Assembly (NCBI GenBank): GCA_034723545.1
Contig: JAYEPA010000110.1
Location: 1,242-65,241, forward strand
Direction of reading: 5' to 3'
Source: Thermodesulfobacteriota bacterium
GTDB lineage: Bacteria; Desulfobacterota; Desulfobulbia; Desulfobulbales; SURF-16
DNA length: 64,000 bases
How positions within the stretch are numbered: position 1 is the stretch's first letter; each line of letters opens with the position of its first letter. Below the pieces are notes generated by a model. It worked only from the letters and a program-made list of their open reading frames with translations. It did not search any database and was not told the DNA's origin. This document shows, one piece after another, positions 43,117 through 52,395 of this stretch. A program made the translations under genes and the position numbers.

Positions 43117-45426
43117 CTAAAAGCGGATTTGCAGACCAGCTCCAAACCCGTAATCATTGTGCCATTTGGTGATGAGGGAAAAAGAATTATCAAGCAGGTA
43201 AGAAAAACCTGCACCGCCTTCCCATTTATCGTGTGTGTCATACTGGGTTTCACCAAAAAGTGAAAGGCGCGGTGTCAATTCAAATGATTTTTCCAGATTC
43301 AATCTTGCCCCGCCATCGGTATCAACCCACATCCGGGACTCCAGATTAAAGGGCAGCAAGTAACGAATCCCTGAAACCCCCCGTGTTTTGTCGAGATCAT
43401 CATCTTCACCGAGCATGTCAGCTCCAGCGAAAATAGAAAAAAAGCGGTTGATGCAGCGATCCCAGGCAACGATTGCTTCCCACCCTGTCTCGTCCACATC
43501 CTGCCAGCCCACCTCCCATTCAGCAGTCAGAATATTGCGGCTGTTGGAAAGTGTCAGAAACCCTTCCGTCATGTTGCTGATTGCGTCGGCCTGACCCCAA
43601 AAATACCAGGGATCCTTGTAAAGTTCAGGCCGAAGGGCGGTCACTTCACGCTCGGGTGTAAAACCCTCGTAATGAACGACTCGGGCCATGCCGCTCTTCA
43701 TATGATAAAGCAAATGACAGTGGAAGAACCAGTCGCCGGGCTCATTGGCGTCAAATTCAATGACAGTGGTGGACATGGGGGCAACGTTGACGGTGTGCTT
43801 GAGTGGGGCGTAGTCGTTCTGGTCGTTTATGACTCGGAAAAAGTGACCGTGGAGATGCATCGGGTGGTGCATCATGGTACGGTTAATCATGATAAAGCGG
43901 ACGACTTCGTCCTCGCGGATGAGGATCGAATCGCTTTCCGCGAGAGGTTTATTGTTCAAAAACCAGACATAGCGCTCCATGTCTCCGTCAAGGGTAAGAC
44001 GAATTTCCTGGAGGGGTTTGTCCCTGGAAAAAGCGGTTGGCTCGATGGCCCGTAATTTTGCGTAGGGCGGCCATGGGCGGCTGGAATCCATACCGTCAAT
44101 GGCCAGATTGTCAGATGCGGAGACATCAGCGGCAAGAAAGCGGAAATTTGCGCCATATTTTTTGCCAACCCGCGAGGACTGAGAAGGCATGGTCATGGAA
44201 TGACCATCATGCGCCATCCCGGCCATTTTCATTTTGTTAGGGGCTGTGGTGTGAACCATGTTTTTCATGTCGTGTTCGGCAGGCATGTCCATGGAGCTCA
44301 TGCCCGTCATTCCCGGCCGGTCGAATTTGCCTGCCTTAACCTCGCTATCGGGCATGCCCATGGCTCCGGCTGGATCGAGGGAGACGATTTTTTTCAGGCT
44401 CGAGCTTCCCATGGTGTGATAAAGGTTGGGTCTTGGTACATCGGGAGCCGGGTAGCGCTCACCGGAACCAACCCACACCGAGGAATACCCTGATCCGTCG
44501 TGGGCAGTGGCGCGAAATTCATAGGACCCGGAGGCGGGGACTGTAATCAGCACATCATAGGTTTCCGCAACCCCGATGAGAAACCGTTTTTCCTTGATCG
44601 GCTCTACATCCTGACCGTCTGCAGCCACGATTCTCATTGGGCCGCCAGCGAATTCGAGGTGGAAATAGGTGGTGGCGGAACCGTCAATAATGCGTAACCG
44701 CACTGTTTCATCTGCTTTGGCCGGGATGGTCATTTCAGATTGACCATTGGCAAGAAAGCAATCATAGGCCACGTCCGCGATGTCCATGGGCTCCATCCGC
44801 AGGAGTTCGCGCCTGAAGTAATCACCGAGCATACCAAGTCGGGCAGCGCCAATAATGCTTTGACTACTGCCCTTTTCAAGGGCAAACCATTCGCTGCCGC
44901 GCTTCAGGCTGCGGAGTACTTCGTGGGGCTCTTCATCGGTCCAGTCGGAGAGAAGGACAACATGGTCGTGATCTGCCCTTGAATCCTGCCGAGACGCCTC
45001 AATAACGATGGAGCCGTAAACTCCGCGCTGTTCCTGCAGATCAGTGTGGGAGTGATACCAGTAAGTGCCGTTCTGGCGAATGGGGAATTCATAGGTAAAG
45101 GTCGTGCCGGGCTTGATGGGCGGGAAGCTGATGTTCGGTACGCCGTCCATGCCCGGGGGCACGAGAAGGCCGTGCCAGTGAATGGAAGTGTCCACACTCA
45201 TCCTGTTGTGGACGTCAATACGGGCGACATCTCCCTCTTTGAACCGCAGTGTCGGACCGGGAATGGATCCGTTGACGGTCATGCCCAGGACAGATTGACC
45301 GGTGATGTTGACCTCTTGCTCGGCAATGGTGAGCTCATATTCGACTGTTGCCGCATGAACCTGAATTTGTGCCAGAAGAACAAAGAATAAAAGACCGGCA
45401 ACTGCGGCAGTTTTCACGCTCGACAT
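43117..45426 (-). CDS. Multicopper oxidase (CopA/PcoA-like) fused to a C-terminal CopB-like outer-membrane domain
   Basis: Cu sites HWHG, WYHSH, HPMHLHGH, HCHLLYHMKSGM. Met-rich insert GMTGMSSMDMPAEHDMKNM...MAGMAHDGHSMTMP. The C-terminal roughly 170 aa (RFFSIFAGAD...GIRYLLPFNLESRMWVDTDGGARLNLEKSFELTPRLSLFGETQYD...GLQIRF) resemble CopB and end in an aromatic residue. The signal peptide is Sec-type. Confidence 0.8.
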   Translation of the reverse strand: MSSVKTAAVAGLLFFVLLAQIQVHAATVEYELTIAEQEVNITGQSVLGMTVNGSIPGPTLRFKEGDVARIDVHNRMSVDTSIHWHGLLVPPGMDGVPNISFPPIKPGTTFTYEFPIRQNGTYWYHSHTDLQEQRGVYGSIVIEASRQDSRADHDHVVLLSDWTDEEPHEVLRSLKRGSEWFALEKGSSQSIIGAARLGMLGDYFRRELLRMEPMDIADVAYDCFLANGQSEMTIPAKADETVRLRIIDGSATTYFHLEFAGGPMRIVAADGQDVEPIKEKRFLIGVAETYDVLITVPASGSYEFRATAHDGSGYSSVWVGSGERYPAPDVPRPNLYHTMGSSSLKKIVSLDPAGAMGMPDSEVKAGKFDRPGMTGMSSMDMPAEHDMKNMVHTTAPNKMKMAGMAHDGHSMTMPSQSSRVGKKYGANFRFLAADVSASDNLAIDGMDSSRPWPPYAKLRAIEPTAFSRDKPLQEIRLTLDGDMERYVWFLNNKPLAESDSILIREDEVVRFIMINRTMMHHPMHLHGHFFRVINDQNDYAPLKHTVNVAPMSTTVIEFDANEPGDWFFHCHLLYHMKSGMARVVHYEGFTPEREVTALRPELYKDPWYFWGQADAISNMTEGFLTLSNSRNILTAEWEVGWQDVDETGWEAIVAWDRCINRFFSIFAGADMLGEDDDLDKTRGVSGIRYLLPFNLESRMWVDTDGGARLNLEKSFELTPRLSLFGETQYDTHDKWEGGAGFSYLLDNSFSLITKWHNDYGFGAGLQIRF

Positions 45427-45566
45427 TATGTTAACCCCTGAACCCGTAAACCCATGGGTGATCCCTTTTTCTAATGAGCTTTGATCAACGCTTCCTTATC
45501 AAACCGTGCATGAGGAACCTGAAGATAGAATATAGAGTGGAATAATAGCAGAAAAAGAGAAGTGGG

Positions 45567-45599
45567 AAAACAAAAACGGCAGGACCGATTGGTCCTGCC
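45567..45599 (-). terminator. Rho-independent terminator of the PEP-CTERM gene
   Basis: The minus strand reads GGCAGGACC-AATC-GGTCCTGCC followed by GTTTTTGTTTT. Confidence 0.7.
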
Positions 45600-45628
45600 G
45601 CTTGTATGCAAGAGGGAGGTGGAAAAAA

Positions 45629-46333
45629 TTATGCGCGTTTTATCTTTCTGCGGCGAATCGTCGCCAGGCCGGCCAGGCCGGTGCCAAACAGCAGCATGGT
45701 GGCTGGTTCCGGGACGGGGGCTCCGCCGCCGATAACGTCGTTGGCGCACCAGGGGGCATAGGAAACAAAGAAACCACCGTCTATCTTTAGATCGGTAGAA
45801 CCAAATGTGTAAGAGATGGTATTGGCCGCAAAGTTGACAGTAGAAGAAAGACTAGTAAGGGTCAGGTTGTTGGCATCAATACCATTCGGATTGTTTTCCC
45901 GAACATTCCACCCGCCACCATCTTGGGTTAAAGTGTAGCTGTAACTTGATGGGTCGTCCACCGACCAGAATCCATCGCCTACCTCATTTCCTATGGTGTT
46001 GACAGCATGTCCACTACCGTGTCCATCCCTTACTAAATAATCCCAAGCCTGCCAATTGCTGCCATCATAAGAGGTGTTAATAAAAAGAGTGTCATACAGT
46101 TGCCGGGTGGAGGTGCTGAGATTAATATTTACATCCGTAAGGTAGCCATTTGTCACGATGACGTCCATGGAGGAAATATTCGGTGTGCCGAGTTCGTCAT
46201 TTAGGTGGGTGCTGCTGTATTCGGGCCAGTCTATCCATGTGTCATCAAAATGATAGGTGTCAGCCTGTGCGTTATTGGCAGCAAATTCGAGGGCTACAGT
46301 TAAAGCGATTGCGGTGATAAATTTCTTTTTCAT
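45629..46333 (-). CDS. PEP-CTERM sorting-domain secreted protein
   Basis: Signal peptide MKKKFITAIALTVALEFAANNAQA. C-terminal VPEPATMLLFGTGLAGLATIRRRK. GGAGAC upstream. Confidence 0.85.
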   Translation of the reverse strand: MKKKFITAIALTVALEFAANNAQADTYHFDDTWIDWPEYSSTHLNDELGTPNISSMDVIVTNGYLTDVNINLSTSTRQLYDTLFINTSYDGSNWQAWDYLVRDGHGSGHAVNTIGNEVGDGFWSVDDPSSYSYTLTQDGGGWNVRENNPNGIDANNLTLTSLSSTVNFAANTISYTFGSTDLKIDGGFFVSYAPWCANDVIGGGAPVPEPATMLLFGTGLAGLATIRRRKIKRA

Positions 46334-46403
46334 TACTTTTGTCTCCTGGCCGTTATGTATTCAAACTGAAGGAAGGTGTTTGATTTCTTTTTACATGAAG
46401 ATT

Positions 46404-46419
46404 AGCAAACGCTGTGCCA
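46404..46419 (-). promoter_or_regulatory. Sigma-54 (-24/-12) promoter
   Basis: The minus strand reads CTGGCACAGCGTTTGCT (TGGCAC-N5-TTGC), about 70 nt upstream of the PEP-CTERM gene ATG. Confidence 0.65.
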
Positions 46420-46506
46420 GAGATAATAATTAAAAGGTAATATGTCATAATATAAAGAGGTTATCTTTTATTGCTGGTAAAATGGGGGCAGCTCAAGAAG
46501 AAATGG

Positions 46507-46565
46507 TTCCGAGAAAATAGATATTTTTTCCGGAAAAGCAATTATTGTTTCCGTGAAGGCGGAAC
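46507..46565. promoter_or_regulatory. Candidate upstream activator sites: three TTCCG(N)GAA motifs at exact 21-bp spacing
   Basis: TTCCG at 46507, 46528 and 46549. The third is part of the palindrome TTCCGTGAAGGCGGAA. The array lies 90-145 bp upstream of the sigma-54 element. Confidence 0.35.
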
Positions 46566-46788
46566 GGGGCTCAATATTCGAGCCGATCACGGACACGGCT
46601 GCCGCACCATAACTGAAAAAAACTCCAGTCACAGCTTTCAGGATCACGGCGATGGCCGCGCTTGATAACAGCATTATGCAGGTGAGCAGAAAGTCGACGT
46701 AGATAAAAATTAGTGATTACCACTAATCTTCAGCCTCATATGTAATAGCTATCGAAAAACGTGGGGTGGGGCACGAATAGCATGAAAC

Positions 46789-46870
46789 GTAGGAGCTCAC
46801 CCCTGTGAGCGATAAGGGGATCAGAGCAAAAGATTTACCCTTTTTCGCCCGGAGGGCTGGGTGCTCCTAC
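46789..46870. repeat. GTAGGAGC...GCTCCTAC palindromic repeat
   Basis: GTAGGAGCTCACCCCTGTGAGCGATAAGG ... CGCCCGGAGGGCTGGGTGCTCCTAC. Same core type as 39943-40024. Confidence 0.5.
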
Positions 46871-47102
46871 AGCACCGTGCCTAATTGTGGCTGAATTTCG
46901 TTGGAAATCATATAAAAATAAGGACGGAACGGGAACTTGCTATTCGAGACAGGCAGCTGTGTAACGGCGAAATGGGCGAAGAGATAAGTACCATTAAAGC
47001 CAGGGTTGGTCTGACTCCGTTGGTACTACCGTTAAGCAAGAAGTGCCTTGATATGTCCTATAAAGGACGTGAAGTCAATTTGATAGGAGTGGCAGGCTTT
47101 TT

Positions 47103-47208
47103 GAACGTCGAACATCGAACGTCCAACATTGAATAAGGATGGAATCTAATCGGATTTTCTTTCGATGTCGGAGTCTTCGCTTACCTGGACGTTCGATGTT
47201 CGACGTTC
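47103..47208. repeat. Hairpin repeat with 22-bp perfect arms built from GAACGTC/GAACATC heptamers
   Basis: GAACGTCGAACATCGAACGTCC (47103-47124) and GGACGTTCGATGTTCGACGTTC (47187-47208). The loop contains GGAGTCTTCGCTTACCTG, which is also found in the 38213 repeat. Confidence 0.6.
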
Positions 47209-47277
47209 GTCTTTTTTTGTTATTTTTAAAAAAATGCCAGGATCTTCACCCCGGTTGATGTACTGGATAGTTACCTG

Positions 47278-48327
47278 TTATTTACCAAAACCGCAGACCG
47301 GATATTGACAGATTTTGCAGTTGCGGCACAGGCCGCCATGGCCGAGTTCGGCCAAATCGGCACGATCAATTGATTCTCCGGCCAGAATCCGGGGCAGAAC
47401 AAGGTCAAAGACCGTGATGCGATGGAACATGCCGCAGGCCGGCAGGCCCATGATCGGCACGTCGTTGATTCGTCCCACCAGGAACATGGCGCCGGGCAGA
47501 ACCGGGGTGCCGTAAACAATATCCGTGGCCCCGGCCCTGGCAATGCCCAGCCTGGTAACATCATCGGGGTCCACCGACATTCCGCCGCTTGTGACAATGA
47601 GATCAGCACCATCTTCAAGACAATTTGTAATTTCTTCAGCAATTCTGTCGATATCGTCCGGCGCGAAACAGACCTTCTTCACCTTTGAACCGATCTGATC
47701 CAGTTTCTTACGCAGAACAGGTTCAAAACGATCCTCAATCCGGCCATGATAGACCTCGTTGCCGGTGATGACGAGGCCGGCTTTGGCGCGGCGCAGTTTG
47801 ATGACCTGGGCAATCCCATTTTTTTCTTTGGATATTTCAACAGCCTGCTCAACAATTTTTCTTTTTGAGGTAAGGGGAATCAGCCGGGTGGCAGCCACCT
47901 GTTCTCCCTTTTTCACCGGAGTATTATTGTGCAGGGTGGCACACATCACCTCGCCAAGCAAATTGAAGCGGAAGAGGGCATCTTTGTCGAGTTTAAGCAG
48001 ACCATCGTGTTCGGCAAGCAAACCGATTTTACCTTCAACCGGTTTGCCGGAACAGATAACGCCGTTTCCGGCCAGTCCATCAGCCAGCAGTTTGGCCGCT
48101 TCATTTTCATGGATATCATCCGGGCCAAGGTCAAGGACATAGATATGGTCTTTGCCAAGCCTGCGTAAATGATCGATATCTTCATATCTGATAATGTGGC
48201 CTTTGCGGAAGGCCGGGCCTTTGAAGCCCGAATCCTTATTCCCGGCCTCTTCCTGCCTGATTTCAGTGATGTCATGGGGAAGGACCATGCCGACGGCCTG
48301 GTCAATTGGGATAGTTTTCGTTGTCAT
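47278..48327 (-). CDS. MoeA-related molybdopterin-binding (MoCF-biosynthesis domain) protein with a C-terminal Cys motif
   Basis: LVITGNEVYHGRIEDRF...GADLIVTSGGMSVDPDDVT. C-terminal CRNCKICQYPVCGFGK. Start at MTTKTIPID (48327). The ORF-track start lies in the hairpin repeat. Confidence 0.7.
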   Translation of the reverse strand: MTTKTIPIDQAVGMVLPHDITEIRQEEAGNKDSGFKGPAFRKGHIIRYEDIDHLRRLGKDHIYVLDLGPDDIHENEAAKLLADGLAGNGVICSGKPVEGKIGLLAEHDGLLKLDKDALFRFNLLGEVMCATLHNNTPVKKGEQVAATRLIPLTSKRKIVEQAVEISKEKNGIAQVIKLRRAKAGLVITGNEVYHGRIEDRFEPVLRKKLDQIGSKVKKVCFAPDDIDRIAEEITNCLEDGADLIVTSGGMSVDPDDVTRLGIARAGATDIVYGTPVLPGAMFLVGRINDVPIMGLPACGMFHRITVFDLVLPRILAGESIDRADLAELGHGGLCRNCKICQYPVCGFGK

Positions 48328-48349
48328 GGGTGTTTCTCTTTGCAGTTCC

Positions 48350-48460
48350 CGTAAAAAGTCTTCACCACAGAGCATACAGAGAGCGCAGAGAAATTCTTTT
48401 TACTACAACTAGTTGTCTCTGTGAGCTCTGTGTGCTCTGTGGTTATTTTTTAGTTTTTAC
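48350..48460. repeat. CACAGAG-type hairpin repeat
   Basis: GTAAAAAGTCTTCACCACAGAGCATACAGAGAGCGCAGAG ... CTCTGTGAGCTCTGTGTGCTCTGTGG...TTTTTAC. Close homologue of 16956-17061. Confidence 0.7.
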
Positions 48461-48474
48461 GAGTTCATTAATTA

Positions 48475-49056
48475 TTAAATGACACTATAATATCGGCCAT
48501 GGGCGCAGCTTTGACACAAAGTTTTTCCATCGACCTCAACCTCGCGGCAGTCCTGAACCCAGTCACCGCATCCATCACATTGGACGCGTTTCATGGGACG
48601 GCCCGGCATGTCACATTTCGGGATATTTATTTTCACCTGTTCGATTTTAAACAACTCCTCCTCAGGCATAACCCGGTAGGCTTCGAGCTGCTGTTTGTAT
48701 TTACCCTCAATATCCGGGGAATATTTCTTGGCCAGTTCCCTGGACTCTTCCCGGCACGTGATCCGAACCGCCTTACCAGTGGTCAGGTTAACAAAAGTCG
48801 CCGCCATGATACCGTAATCAAGCCATTTCATGGCTCTTTTGCCCAGAGTACAGCCGGTCACGCTCTGAATGGCGTCCGTGGCGCAGCGATCGATTTCGAC
48901 CAATACATATAAACTTTTACGCTGAGTCCCCTTGGGGTCGTCGATATCTATTTCACGCAGACCGATCATGGCCATGCGTACCCCGATAACCTGGCCGGCA
49001 CAGATATGGCCATGGATTTTTGTTGAGTATTCGAGTAGATTTTCAAATGATTCCAT
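48475..49056 (-). CDS. FmdE-family protein with a C-terminal zinc ribbon
   Basis: HGHICAGQVIGVRMA motif. C-terminal CDGCGDWV...CQSCA. AGGAG upstream. Confidence 0.8.
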   Translation of the reverse strand: MESFENLLEYSTKIHGHICAGQVIGVRMAMIGLREIDIDDPKGTQRKSLYVLVEIDRCATDAIQSVTGCTLGKRAMKWLDYGIMAATFVNLTTGKAVRITCREESRELAKKYSPDIEGKYKQQLEAYRVMPEEELFKIEQVKINIPKCDMPGRPMKRVQCDGCGDWVQDCREVEVDGKTLCQSCAHGRYYSVI

Positions 49057-49385
49057 CTCGGTTTCTCCTAACCCACTAAAGCGGAAAAAATATCATATTT
49101 TTCAGGATAAGTGCCTTAACAGTAGGTATAAGTATTTAATTTTAATGTAAATTATTTATTTCTTGTTTTTTTATTACAGAGTTTCAGGTGTAAGGCTCTA
49201 AAAAAGTGCAGGCAAAATAATAAATAATTTTCTATTTTAACATTGCAGGCCGGAGACGCAAGGAATTACAAAAGAAAATAATGAAATATTACGCAATGAC
49301 TCATGTAGCGCCTTTTGCGTCTCTTGCGTTAACAAATGGCATTCTCGGACAAGCTCCTGGCTAACCACATTGACAAATTCTCCAA

Positions 49386-51215
49386 TTGAACAAATTAAAA
49401 TTAAAAAAACATCCTGTTCTCACGAAAGAATTTTTGAAAACTGTAGCCCATCATCCAGGTGTATACCAGATGAAGGACAGTCATGGAAAAATTTTTTATG
49501 TGGGAAAGGCACGGGACTTAAGGAAACGTCTGGCCTCTTACGCGGCTGCTCCGGCAAAACAGAGCAAGACTGCAGCTCTTCTCTCCCACGTCACGGCCAT
49601 CGAGACGATTCTTACCCATACCGAAAAAGAAGCCCTCATTCTTGAGGCCTCGCTGATCAAAAAACATCGGCCCAAATATAATGTCATTCTGCGGGATGAT
49701 AAAAATTATCCTCTGATCAAGGTCACGATCAGGGATGCCTGGCCCCGGCTGGTAATGACCCGGCGGCGGATCAGGGACGGAGCCCGTTATTTTGGCCCTT
49801 ATTCGTCGATTTCCGCTATGTGGAAGACCCTGAAACTTCTCCATTCCCTCTTTCCCCTGCGCCGCTGCAAGGGAAAAGAGGTGAAAAAGAGAAATCGTCC
49901 CTGCCTGAACCTCCAGATCGGCCAGTGCCTTGCCCCCTGTTGCGAAAACCCGGACCGGGAAAAATACCAGCACATGGTTGACAATATCATCATGGTTCTT
50001 GAGGGGAGCAAGAAAAAAGTTCTTCAAGATTTACGAAAACAGATGAAGGCGGCATCGGAAAATCTTTATTTCGAGGAGGCAGCCGGGTTTCGTGACCAAA
50101 TTCAGGCTCTGGAAAAAACCCTTGAAAAACAGATCGTGGTCGCGGAGCATCGCAGGGATCAGGATATTTTTGGTTTTGTCCATAAAGAAAATTCCATCGC
50201 GGTTGCCGTTATCCATGTCCGTAAAGGGAGGGTGAGTGGACAACAGGGTTTTTGGATCAGCAAAACCATCGGTGATGACCAACAGATTCTCGCCCATGTT
50301 CTGAATCAGTATTATTCCGACGTTCATGAGGTCCCCAGGGAAATTTTGCTTCCCTTTGCCCCTGATGACAGTGAGCTGCTGGCGGAACGGTTTTCTGATC
50401 TTAAAAAAGGAACAGTCGTTCTTCATGTTCCCCAACGGGGGAATTTAAAAAAACTCGTTAACATGGCACAGAAAAATGGCGAACAGATTCTTGCCGACCG
50501 GCAAAAGAAGCTCCAGTCCTGGCAGGAATTTTCTGCTGCTCTGCAAAGCACCCTTCGTTTGTCTAAAAGTCCTGACAGGGTAGAATGTCTTGATATTTCC
50601 AATATCGGCGGTGAAAAGGCGGTGGGCGCCCTGGTCTCTTTTTTCAATGGCGAAAAAGACAGCAAAAAATATCGTCATTACAAGATCAAAACCCTGGACG
50701 GCCCCGATGATTACGGGATGATGGCCGAATCACTGAAACGGCATCTTAAGCGAAAAAAGGAGGAAGATAATCTTCCTGATCTTCTCATGGTGGATGGCGG
50801 CAAGGGTCAGCTGAACGTCGCGGTTAATGTCCTGGTTTCCCTAGGTTTGTCAACCAGGATTGATTTGGTTGGCATTGCCAAGGAAAAAAAGAGCGAAGGG
50901 GAGAAGCTATACCGACCAGGCCGAAAAAATCCCATTCTGCTGCCCGGTCACAGCCCCCTGCTTCTTTTTCTAATGCGGATAAGAGATGAGTCCCACCGCT
51001 ATGGCATCATTTTTCATCGCAAATGGCGACGCAGAGATACTTTACATTCAGATCTGGATGAAATTTCCGGTATTGGGCCGGGGCGTAAAGAAATTTTGCT
51101 TGCAAAACTGGGCAGCCTGAAACGGATAAAAAAAGCCTCTCTTGCCGAACTGGCAGGTGTGGAGGGGATCGGGCCGGAACTGGCCAAGCAGATCAGGGCC
51201 TATTTTGATGATTAA
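49386..51215 (+). CDS. uvrC: Excinuclease ABC subunit C
   Basis: GIY-YIG PGVYQMKDSHGKIFYVGKARDLRKR, UVR domain, RNase-H-like endonuclease region and C-terminal (HhH)2 ISGIGPGRKEILL...VEGIGPELA. TTG start. Confidence 0.95.
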   Translation: MNKLKLKKHPVLTKEFLKTVAHHPGVYQMKDSHGKIFYVGKARDLRKRLASYAAAPAKQSKTAALLSHVTAIETILTHTEKEALILEASLIKKHRPKYNVILRDDKNYPLIKVTIRDAWPRLVMTRRRIRDGARYFGPYSSISAMWKTLKLLHSLFPLRRCKGKEVKKRNRPCLNLQIGQCLAPCCENPDREKYQHMVDNIIMVLEGSKKKVLQDLRKQMKAASENLYFEEAAGFRDQIQALEKTLEKQIVVAEHRRDQDIFGFVHKENSIAVAVIHVRKGRVSGQQGFWISKTIGDDQQILAHVLNQYYSDVHEVPREILLPFAPDDSELLAERFSDLKKGTVVLHVPQRGNLKKLVNMAQKNGEQILADRQKKLQSWQEFSAALQSTLRLSKSPDRVECLDISNIGGEKAVGALVSFFNGEKDSKKYRHYKIKTLDGPDDYGMMAESLKRHLKRKKEEDNLPDLLMVDGGKGQLNVAVNVLVSLGLSTRIDLVGIAKEKKSEGEKLYRPGRKNPILLPGHSPLLLFLMRIRDESHRYGIIFHRKWRRRDTLHSDLDEISGIGPGRKEILLAKLGSLKRIKKASLAELAGVEGIGPELAKQIRAYFDD

Positions 51216-51421
51216 TGTTGCTTTTTAGGCATCAAAAAATTATGTTATCTTGTTTCTGATAAGACATTTATTCAAAATTTTGATTAATTTCCAGATCAGC
51301 TGGATTGGCTTGAAGGTGCAAGGCTAATGGCATAAGGGAAAAGAGCTAAAACTAAAAGCTATTCTCGTATTTGGCTGATTTTTCTGACTGACACTTTTTT
51401 TGGCAGGGAGTTTACAATATC

Positions 51422-52261
51422 ATGTGGGAGTATACGGACAAGGTTAAACAGCATTTTCTTCATCCTCACAATGTCGGTGAGGTTGAGAATCCGGATGGAA
51501 TAGGGGATGTGGGCTCCCTGGCCTGTGGCGATGCGTTGAAGTTGACCTTTAAACTCGGTGAAGACGGCCGCATCAAGGACGCTCAGTTCAAAACTTTCGG
51601 CTGCGCCAGCGCCATTGCTTCTTCCTCGGCACTGACTGAAATGATCAAGGGCTTGACTTTGGAGGAAGCTGAAAAGATAACCAACGAAGATCTTGCCGAC
51701 TATCTCGGAGGGCTGCCCAAAGAAAAAATGCATTGCTCGGTGATGGGACGGGAGGCCCTGGAAGCAGCCATTGCCAACTACCGTGGCATCGAACTGCCCA
51801 TGGCTGAAGGTGAGGTGGTCTGTGAGTGTTTTGGGGTAACGGACATTGAAATTCGGCGGGCCATCGAGGAAAGTAATCTCCATACGTTGGAGGATGTGAC
51901 GAATTTCACCAAGGCCGGCGGCGGTTGCGGCAAGTGCGAGGAGCGAATCGAGGAGTTGCTTGCTGAAGTTCGGCATGAAGCGAAGCTGCAAAGCGTTCCA
52001 ATGGGTGGACCCAAACGGATGACCAACATCCAGAAGATTAAGAAAATCGAGGAAGTTCTGGAAAGAGAAATCCGCCCAACCCTGAAAAAAGACGGCGGCG
52101 ATATTGAACTTGTGGATGTGGACGGTGATTTTGTCATGGTCTCCCTGCGCGGTGCCTGTGTCAGCTGTGCCAAGTCTCAGATCACCCTGAAAGAATATGT
52201 CGAGAAAAAGCTTCGCGAGCAGGTGCTGGAGACTCTGATTGTTGAGGAGTATAAAGAATAG
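51422..52261 (+). CDS. nifU: Fe-S cluster assembly scaffold NifU (three-domain type)
   Basis: IscU-like [24 protein letters not shown], central [2Fe-2S] CECFGVT...GGGCGKC, C-terminal Nfu [10 protein letters not shown]. Confidence 0.9.
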   Translation: MWEYTDKVKQHFLHPHNVGEVENPDGIGDVGSLACGDALKLTFKLGEDGRIKDAQFKTFGCASAIASSSALTEMIKGLTLEEAEKITNEDLADYLGGLPKEKMHCSVMGREALEAAIANYRGIELPMAEGEVVCECFGVTDIEIRRAIEESNLHTLEDVTNFTKAGGGCGKCEERIEELLAEVRHEAKLQSVPMGGPKRMTNIQKIKKIEEVLEREIRPTLKKDGGDIELVDVDGDFVMVSLRGACVSCAKSQITLKEYVEKKLREQVLETLIVEEYKE

Positions 52262-52395
52262 AAGTCAGGAGTCAGGAGACAGAAGTCAGGAGACATCAAA
52301 TAAGCGAATGTTAGGTGTTAGCGGTTAGCTTACTGATTGTTACATGTTGTTTTTTGCTAAAAGCTAACAGCAAATAAAGAGAGAATGAATCGCCC

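Noticed and set aside
46468-46674. 68-aa minus-strand ORF with a hydrophobic N-terminus (MLLSSAAIAVILKAVTGVFF...)
   Set aside because: It has no RBS and is mirrored by an equally long plus-strand ORF. It overlaps the TTCCG repeat array and shows no recognisable family. It could be a gene remnant, but is not supportable as a gene.
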